In this document: one piece after another, positions 58,323-64,000 of the stretch
Position numbering within the stretch: the stretch's first letter is position 1
How the letters are laid out: each line of letters opens with the position of its first letter
Assembly: GCA_002441305.1 (NCBI GenBank)
Contig: DJVT01000005.1
Coordinates: 11,704-75,703, forward strand
Source of the DNA: Candidatus Omnitrophica bacterium UBA6249
Lineage (GTDB): Bacteria > Omnitrophota > Gorgyraeia > Gygaellales > Profunditerraquicolaceae
DNA length: 64,000 nucleotides
Direction of reading: 5' to 3'
The notes under the pieces: model-generated
The model's database searches: none
What the model saw: the letters and a program-made list of their open reading frames with translations, nothing else
Told to the model about the DNA's origin: nothing
Made by a program: the position numbers and the translations under genes

Positions 58323-58976
58323 ATGTATGTGATTATAGCTGGTTGCGGTAGGGTAGGCGCAGAATTGGCCAAGCTCCTTTCCGGAGAAGGGCACGACGTG
58401 GTTATCATAGACAAATCACGCGATTCTTTTCACCGGCTTGGGGATACCTTTAACGGGTTGACCATGGTAGGGAACAGTTTCGACCTGGCCCTTTTGAAGC
58501 AGGTAGGCATTGAAAAAACGGACGCCTTTTGCGCAGTGACCAATGGGGATAATACCAACCTTATCAGCGCGCAGGTCGCGAAAAAGATTTTTCACGTGCC
58601 CAAGGTTTTTGCCAGGGTATACGATCCGCAGCGTGCGCATATTTATTCGGCGTTGGGCTTGAATATTATCAGCGGGACGATGCTCTTTTCATCCATGCTC
58701 AGGGACAAGATAATAGAAAGCCGGTTTTCGAGCTATTTAATCGAATCCAAAGATTTGGGCATTATCGAAATCGAAGTCAAAAACAGCCTTGTCGGCAAGA
58801 CCATCCAGGACATAAATATCCCAGGGGAATTCATAGTAAGCGCCATCAGAAGGATGCAGGGGGTTATTATCCCGGAATCCAAAACCGTGTTGAAAAACAA
58901 GGATATATTGATGGGGGTTGTCAAGGTTTCCAGTCTGCAGGAGGTACGGGATAGGTTTCATCTGGGAGAAAAATAG
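58323..58976 (+). CDS. trkA: Trk/Ktr potassium uptake regulatory subunit (RCK_N + RCK_C)
   Basis: MYVIIAGCGRVGAELAKLL..GHDVVIID is a Rossmann GxGxxG fold, followed by a C-terminal TrkA-C beta domain. Confidence 0.85.
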   Translation: MYVIIAGCGRVGAELAKLLSGEGHDVVIIDKSRDSFHRLGDTFNGLTMVGNSFDLALLKQVGIEKTDAFCAVTNGDNTNLISAQVAKKIFHVPKVFARVYDPQRAHIYSALGLNIISGTMLFSSMLRDKIIESRFSSYLIESKDLGIIEIEVKNSLVGKTIQDINIPGEFIVSAIRRMQGVIIPESKTVLKNKDILMGVVKVSSLQEVRDRFHLGEK

Positions 58977-58978
58977 CA

Positions 58979-59641
58979 ATGCATATTCTGATTGTGGGGG
59001 CCGGTAAGGTAGGGTATTTCCTGGCTAAAAGACTGTGCCAGGGTAAGCATGCGGTGAGCATCGTAGATAAAGACCGTATAGTTTGCGATGAAGTAGCCAA
59101 GGAGTTGGAAGTCCTGGTGGTTAACGGAGACGGGTGCGATCCTAAGATACTGGAAGAGGCGGGGATCGGGCGGGCCGATGTCTTGGCCGCGGTTACCGGG
59201 GACGATGAGGATAATTTGATTATCTGCCAGCTGGCCAAGGAGAAGTTCAATCTCCAGCGTACGGTAGGGAGGGTGAATAATCCCGATAATGAGTACACGT
59301 TCAATGAATTAGGCATAGATGTCCCCGTAGATTCTACCAAGATTATAGCTAAGGTAATAGAGGAAGAAGTTTCCTTCTCCGATTTTGTGAATTTGATGAG
59401 TTTTAAACGAGGCAAGCTCGCCATAGTACGCGTGGATCTTCCCAGCGACTCCCCCGTGATCAATAAAGAAGTAAAGGATATATCCCTGCCGCAGGATGCG
59501 GTGCTTGTTTCCATTGTACGCGGCGAAGAGGTGATTTTACCTAAAGGAAATACGGTCCTTAAGCCGGGAGACGACGTTATCGCCCTTACCCTGGTTGGCA
59601 ATGAGCCGCAATTGTTGAATTTGTTGGCCGGTAAATTTTAA
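58979..59641 (+). CDS. trkA: second Trk/Ktr regulatory subunit (RCK_N + RCK_C)
   Basis: MHILIVGAGKVGYFLAKRL..KHAVSIVD. It is a paralog of the preceding gene. Confidence 0.85.
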   Translation: MHILIVGAGKVGYFLAKRLCQGKHAVSIVDKDRIVCDEVAKELEVLVVNGDGCDPKILEEAGIGRADVLAAVTGDDEDNLIICQLAKEKFNLQRTVGRVNNPDNEYTFNELGIDVPVDSTKIIAKVIEEEVSFSDFVNLMSFKRGKLAIVRVDLPSDSPVINKEVKDISLPQDAVLVSIVRGEEVILPKGNTVLKPGDDVIALTLVGNEPQLLNLLAGKF

Positions 59642-59642
59642 A

Positions 59643-59762
59643 ATGAAATTTAAAGCGGTTTGGAATATCATTTTAGGGATTACTACGGAATTTTTATATG
59701 TTTTTTCCATTATGCTTACGGCCCTGCTGATTTGCTCCGCCGTTTTTATTTTTAAAAGATGA
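59643..59762 (+). CDS. 39-aa hydrophobic small protein (unannotated in ORF track)
   Basis: My translation is MKFKAVWNIILGITTEFLYVFSIMLTALLICSAVFIFKR, with one predicted TM. The ATG is 1 nt after the trkA stop. Its TGA overlaps the trkH ATG (ATGA). Confidence 0.45.
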   Translation: MKFKAVWNIILGITTEFLYVFSIMLTALLICSAVFIFKR

Positions 59763-61261
59763 TTCTGCGCCCCCGCCTGGAAGATTTAAAGATAATCGGT
59801 TTTTATCTCGGCAAGATAATCCTGGGCCTGGCCCTTACTATGACCATCCCGATTGCCGCGGGATTGTTGTTTTGGGAACTCAACCCTTCTTTGGATTTTT
59901 TGATCGGGATGGAAATATCCGTCTTGCTTGGGGTCCTGTTGGTCAGGTTGTGCCGCACGGATAAAGATTTGAATTGGATGCAGGGAATGATCGTGGTGAG
60001 CTTGTCGTGGGTGGCGGCCATGTTCCTGGGGGCCATTCCCTTGCATCTCAGCGGGCATTGGAACTCTTTTCTTGACGCTTGTTTCGACTCGATGTCCGGA
60101 TTTGCAACCACGGGGCTGGTCTTGGTGCAGGACTTAGACCATCTTTCCTACACTCATAATCTTTGGAGGCACATCATTATGTTCCTGGGAGGGCAGGGCA
60201 TAGTGGTAATTGCCCTGTCGTTCTTTGTGCGCGGTTTCTCCGGGGCTTTCAAGATGTACGTAGGGGAGGCCCGCGAAGAGAAAATTCTCCCTAATGTAGT
60301 GCATACTTCCAGGTTTATCTGGCTGGTCAGCCTTGTTTATCTTATCCTGGGGACATTGGCTTTGGGGATAACTGGTGTCGTAAACGGGATGAGACCGCTT
60401 AATTCGTTTTTTCACGGAGCGTGCATATTTATGACCGCTTTTGATACGGGGGGGTTCAGCCCGCAGTCCCAAAGCATATTATATTATCACAGCGCGGCGT
60501 ACGAGATTATTACTATAGTGATAATGGTGATGGGCGCGCTTAACTTCAAGCTGCATTATCATTTATGGACCGGCAACCGCAGGGAGATTTACAGGAACAT
60601 AGAAACCAGCGTTCTTTTTCTTACCGTTGCGTCAAGTTTCTCGATTGTCGCGCTGGGGTTGTCGAAAACCGGCAGTTATTCTTCCGTCTGGTCTCTTTTT
60701 AGGAAAGGTTTTTACCAGTTGATTTCCGCTCACAGCGGTACAGGATTTCAGACCATCTACCCGCAGCAGTTTACAATGGACTGGAACCACTTGTCTTTGG
60801 TGGGAGTGATCCTGGCGATGTCTTTAGGGGGAGCGATATGTTCTACCACGGGAGCGATTAAAATGTTACGCATAGGCATAATTGTCAAGGCTTTCAAACA
60901 GGATCTGAAGAGGATAATTATGCCGGAAAGAGCTTTGGTTATCGAGAAAATGCACCACATTAAAGAGGTTTTCCTTGACGATAAGCTTGTACGCGGGGCG
61001 TTAATCATTACCCTGGCTTATATAATTTTGTATGTTGCAGGCGCGCTTGTGGGGATGTTTTACGGAAACAGTTTTTTAAATTCGCTTTTTGAGTCCACCT
61101 CAGCTGCCGCCAATGTCGGACTCTCGTGCGGGATTACCAATGCAGGAATGCCGGCTGTCTTAAAGACCACTTATATAATACAGATGTGGATAGGAAGGCT
61201 GGAATTCATGTCTGTTTTTACGATCTTAGGCTTTTTGATCGCGATTGTCAGGGGAAAATGA
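59759..61261 (+). CDS. trkH: Trk-type potassium transporter membrane subunit TrkH/KtrB
   Basis: 500 aa with four MPM repeats carrying selectivity-filter glycines (SGFATTG, TAFDTGG, SAHSGTG, AAANVGLS). Confidence 0.9.
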   Translation: MILRPRLEDLKIIGFYLGKIILGLALTMTIPIAAGLLFWELNPSLDFLIGMEISVLLGVLLVRLCRTDKDLNWMQGMIVVSLSWVAAMFLGAIPLHLSGHWNSFLDACFDSMSGFATTGLVLVQDLDHLSYTHNLWRHIIMFLGGQGIVVIALSFFVRGFSGAFKMYVGEAREEKILPNVVHTSRFIWLVSLVYLILGTLALGITGVVNGMRPLNSFFHGACIFMTAFDTGGFSPQSQSILYYHSAAYEIITIVIMVMGALNFKLHYHLWTGNRREIYRNIETSVLFLTVASSFSIVALGLSKTGSYSSVWSLFRKGFYQLISAHSGTGFQTIYPQQFTMDWNHLSLVGVILAMSLGGAICSTTGAIKMLRIGIIVKAFKQDLKRIIMPERALVIEKMHHIKEVFLDDKLVRGALIITLAYIILYVAGALVGMFYGNSFLNSLFESTSAAANVGLSCGITNAGMPAVLKTTYIIQMWIGRLEFMSVFTILGFLIAIVRGK

Positions 61262-61749
61262 AAAAAAACCAGGGGATCTGTATAACGCTGTTTTTCCTCC
61301 TATTCTTTAATTGCTTTATTGCTTCCGCGAACGCGGCAATTTTGAGCAGCAGGGAGTTGATTGGAAATGCCGTGAATTACGACGGGAAAACAATAGTTTA
61401 TTCAGGAGAGGTTATTGGTGATATAATGTTACGCGGGGAGCATGCCTGGGTTAATATAAGCGATGGAAGCAATTCCATCGGGGTATGGATGGATGCCCGG
61501 ATGGCCAGGGAGATACGTTTTTCCGGAGACTACAAGAATCGCGGCGATAAAATAGAGGTGATCGGGGTTTTTCACCGGGCCTGCCCGGAGCACGGCGGGG
61601 ATTTGGATATCCATGCTAAAACGATCCGGAGGATTGAGGCGGGCGGGCCGCTAAAAAGAGATTTGCAGGCAAGGAAAAAAAATATCAGCATCGTTTTATT
61701 TGGAGCTTTGATTTTGATATGGATATTAACGCTATTCAAGCGCAGTTAG
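61258..61749 (+). CDS. exported protein with C-terminal membrane anchor, unknown function
   Basis: The start MKKNQGICITLFFLLFFNCFIASANA is a signal peptide preceded by SD AGGGGA. It has a C-terminal TM IVLFGALILIWILTLF. The longer track start (61126) lies inside trkH. Confidence 0.6.
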   Translation: MKKNQGICITLFFLLFFNCFIASANAAILSSRELIGNAVNYDGKTIVYSGEVIGDIMLRGEHAWVNISDGSNSIGVWMDARMAREIRFSGDYKNRGDKIEVIGVFHRACPEHGGDLDIHAKTIRRIEAGGPLKRDLQARKKNISIVLFGALILIWILTLFKRS

Positions 61750-62732
61750 AAGATGATTTAAGTGCGGCATCGTCAGCGCAGGATATTGAAGCGATACGCG
61801 TCAAATACCTGGGGAGAAAGGGCGTCTTGGCGGATCTGACCGGAGCGATCGGCTCTCTACCGCCAGAGGAAAGAGGTGTTTTCGGAAGGGAGGTAAACGC
61901 TTTAAAGCTGCGGATTACAGAATCCGTTTCCTCCAGATTGAACGCGTTAAATATTAAAGCTTCCATTTCGGATAAAAAAGAGACGGATATCGGCCTGCCC
62001 GGGATTGCACAGGAATTAGGAAGCAGCCATCCGATAGTCCAGGTTATAGAAGAGATTTGCGGTATTTTTGCCAGGATGGGGTTTTCCGTGCTCGAGGGGC
62101 CCGAGATAGAGACGGAATTCAATAATTTTACAGGTTTGAACATACCCTTAGACCATCCTTCCAGGGATGCCTTCGATACATTTTATCTCAAGGATTATCC
62201 GAAACTGCTTTTGCGCAGCCATACCTCTCCTATGCAAGTGCGCGTTATGAAGAACCGCAAGCCTCCTTTGGCAATCGTTGTCCCTGGCAGGGTATATCGT
62301 CCTGACGCGGTCGACGCCAGCCACCTTTTTATGTTCCATCAGATAGAAGGATTACTGGTTGATGAAAATATAAAGTTTTCGGATTTAAAAGGGGTCCTGG
62401 AATTTTTTGCCAAGAGCGTATTCGGGAGCGATATCAAAATGCGCTTTCGGCCACACTTCTTTCCTTTTACCGAGCCGTCAGCGGAAGTGGATATCTCCTG
62501 TATTATGTGCAAAGGCAAGGGGTGCTCTGTATGCGGCAGGAAGGGGTGGCTTGAGATTCTGGGGGCAGGCATGGTTCACCCCAACGTTTTTAAGCATGCC
62601 GGGTACGAAAAAGGAAAATTTACCGGTTTTGCTTTTGGCATGGGGGTTGAGCGTATAGCCATGTTGAAGTACGGAATAAACGATATCAGATTATTTTTTG
62701 AAAATGACCTTAGGTTCCTGAAACAGTTTTAG
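61719..62732 (+). CDS. pheS: phenylalanine--tRNA ligase alpha subunit
   Basis: HPSRDAFDTFY, GRVYRPD and FHQIEG are class II motifs. C-terminal GFAFGMGVERIAMLKYGI.DIR. Confidence 0.95.
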   Translation: MDINAIQAQLEDDLSAASSAQDIEAIRVKYLGRKGVLADLTGAIGSLPPEERGVFGREVNALKLRITESVSSRLNALNIKASISDKKETDIGLPGIAQELGSSHPIVQVIEEICGIFARMGFSVLEGPEIETEFNNFTGLNIPLDHPSRDAFDTFYLKDYPKLLLRSHTSPMQVRVMKNRKPPLAIVVPGRVYRPDAVDASHLFMFHQIEGLLVDENIKFSDLKGVLEFFAKSVFGSDIKMRFRPHFFPFTEPSAEVDISCIMCKGKGCSVCGRKGWLEILGAGMVHPNVFKHAGYEKGKFTGFAFGMGVERIAMLKYGINDIRLFFENDLRFLKQF

Positions 62733-62755
62733 TTTTTAAACGGAGGTTTAGAGGA

Positions 62756-64000
62756 GTGAAAGTCACTTATAATTGGCTGAAGGATTTTGTAAACATAACA
62801 CTTAATCCTAAAGAGTTGGCGGAAAAGCTGACTCTGGCAGGTTTAGAAGTGGTTTCGCTTAAAGAATCTTCGGGAGATTCTGTATTGGAAATAGAGATAA
62901 CCTCCAACCGTCCGGATTGGTTGAGCATTGCGGGGATCGCGCGCGAAGTAGGCGCGATTACCGGCGTCAAGTTTGACATGGGCAGGTTCAACAGGCTGAA
63001 AGCAAAGGCGGGCAGCAAGCGCCGCATAGAAATTTCTGTGGCCAACGAGAAGGATTGTCCTTTTTACAGCGCTACGGTTATCCAGGGGGTCAAGGTGGCC
63101 CCTTCCCCGGACTGGCTTAGGAAAAGGCTGGAATCATTGGGATGCCGGAGCATAAACAACATCGTCGATATCACAAATTATATCTTATTTGAATTGGGAC
63201 AACCTTTACACGCCTTTGATTTGGATGCGTTAAAGAGGCCGTTTGTCGCCGTACGCCGCGCCAGGCCGGAGGAAAAAATCATCACTCTTGATGGCCGGCA
63301 GGTGGTTTTGAACCAGGAGATCCTGGTTATCGCCGACCAGGACAGGCCGGTGGCTGTGGCAGGGATTATGGGAGGTAAGGAAACGGAGGTTACTCTCGAT
63401 ACCCGTAACATCCTTTTGGAGTCGGCAGTTTTCGATCCCGTGCTTGTACGTAAAGGACGGCAAAAAACAGGTTTGCAGTCGGAATCTGCTTACAGGTTTG
63501 AAAGAGGGGTAGATTTAAAAGGTGCAAAAACCGCTTCTTTGGCTGCTCAGGAATTAATAAGAAAACTGGCGGGAGGAAAAGTTTTTTCTTATGGGAGCGC
63601 GGGTGCTTCCGAACCGTCCAGCACGACGATCAAGGTAAAAATGTCGCAGATAAACAGCCTCCTGGGGGTAAACGTTCCGGTCTTGAAGGCAAAACAAATA
63701 TTATCAAGGCTGGGTTTTTTTGTTAAGGTTAAACCGAAGGAAACCCTTTTGGTTAAAGTTCCATCTTTCCGCCAGGATGTCAAGTCTTACGTAGACGTAA
63801 TAGAAGAGGTTGCCAGGATTTACGGTTACAATAAGATCCCTATGTCCCTGCCGGCGGTAAAACCAAGTCAAAGCCAGGATGGCGCAAGGAGCAGTATATC
63901 GGAGGTCAAAAGGGTCCTCTCCGCGCTTGGTTTGAACGAAGTTATTACATACAGCCTGGTTGATCGCAATCTTCTTGCTAAATCCGGAATCGGCCAGGAG
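62756..64000 (+). CDS. pheT: phenylalanine--tRNA ligase beta subunit (3' end beyond window)
   Basis: Open-ended, so absent from the track. GTG start 9 nt after GGAGG. My translation is VKVTYNWLKDFVNITLNPKELAEKLTLAGLEVVSL..EIEITSNRPDWLSIAGIAREV. Confidence 0.9.
   Translation, partial: MKVTYNWLKDFVNITLNPKELAEKLTLAGLEVVSLKESSGDSVLEIEITSNRPDWLSIAGIAREVGAITGVKFDMGRFNRLKAKAGSKRRIEISVANEKDCPFYSATVIQGVKVAPSPDWLRKRLESLGCRSINNIVDITNYILFELGQPLHAFDLDALKRPFVAVRRARPEEKIITLDGRQVVLNQEILVIADQDRPVAVAGIMGGKETEVTLDTRNILLESAVFDPVLVRKGRQKTGLQSESAYRFERGVDLKGAKTASLAAQELIRKLAGGKVFSYGSAGASEPSSTTIKVKMSQINSLLGVNVPVLKAKQILSRLGFFVKVKPKETLLVKVPSFRQDVKSYVDVIEEVARIYGYNKIPMSLPAVKPSQSQDGARSSISEVKRVLSALGLNEVITYSLVDRNLLAKSGIGQE

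Noticed and set aside
58921-59601. 226-aa minus-strand ORF
   Set aside because: It is antisense to the second trkA. The Ser/Thr/Pro-rich translation has no motifs, and it would be the only minus-strand gene right of the origin.

Overview
This is a 64-kb window of a bacterial chromosome centred on the replication origin. I cannot name the organism from sequence alone. The gene content suggests an uncultivated, non-proteobacterial lineage: a Bacteroidota-style 7-gene V-type ATPase, DciA instead of DnaC/DnaI, a split CarB, and a ThrRS without a TGS domain. Every gene and tRNA left of about 48.2 kb is on the minus strand, and everything right of about 48.35 kb is on the plus strand. The switch lies between dnaA and rpmH, where there are back-to-back promoters and one perfect DnaA box. 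Left arm, in transcription order from the origin: dnaA-dnaN-dciA-gyrB-(membrane protein)-gyrA, tRNA-Glu, glmS-rsmI, then a pyrimidine supercluster. That supercluster runs PyrR leader/attenuator, pyrR-pyrB-pyrC, EndoQ-like nuclease, tRNA-Arg, LOG-like protein, C-terminal half of carB, mutM, ICMT-like methyltransferase, pyrK-pyrD-pyrF, and it runs straight into the V-ATPase operon. Next come tRNA-Val and tRNA-Asp, then an operon of tRNA-binding protein, Cys-cluster protein, DUF2156 and exonuclease-WYL. After that are a PilZ-TM-coiled-coil protein, several housekeeping enzymes, and an ABC-transporter-dependent glycan operon. The glycan operon holds GT4, a WecA/MraY-like transferase, a UGM-like flavoenzyme, a TPR protein, Wzm, a giant Wzt, a GT2-radical SAM fusion and a second radical SAM gene. 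Right arm: rpmH-yidD-yidC-jagN (no rnpA), parS-parA-parB, ndk, yicC, gmk, rpoZ, coaC, a tRNA cluster (Cys, Leu, a structured tRNA-Val 5' decoy element, Val), thrS-infC-rpmI-rplT, trkA-trkA-(39-aa ORF)-trkH, an exported protein, and pheS-pheT. I saw no CRISPR array, transposase, integrase or rRNA. All functional calls come from motif and family recognition by eye; no database search was run. The best candidates for new biology are the GT2-radical SAM/SPASM fusion with its paralog, the Wzt with a triplicated C-terminal module, the tRNA-binding/DUF2156/exonuclease-WYL operon, the PilZ-anchored (alpha/alpha)-like protein, and the tRNA-Val decoy/anti-decoy RNA element upstream of thrS.
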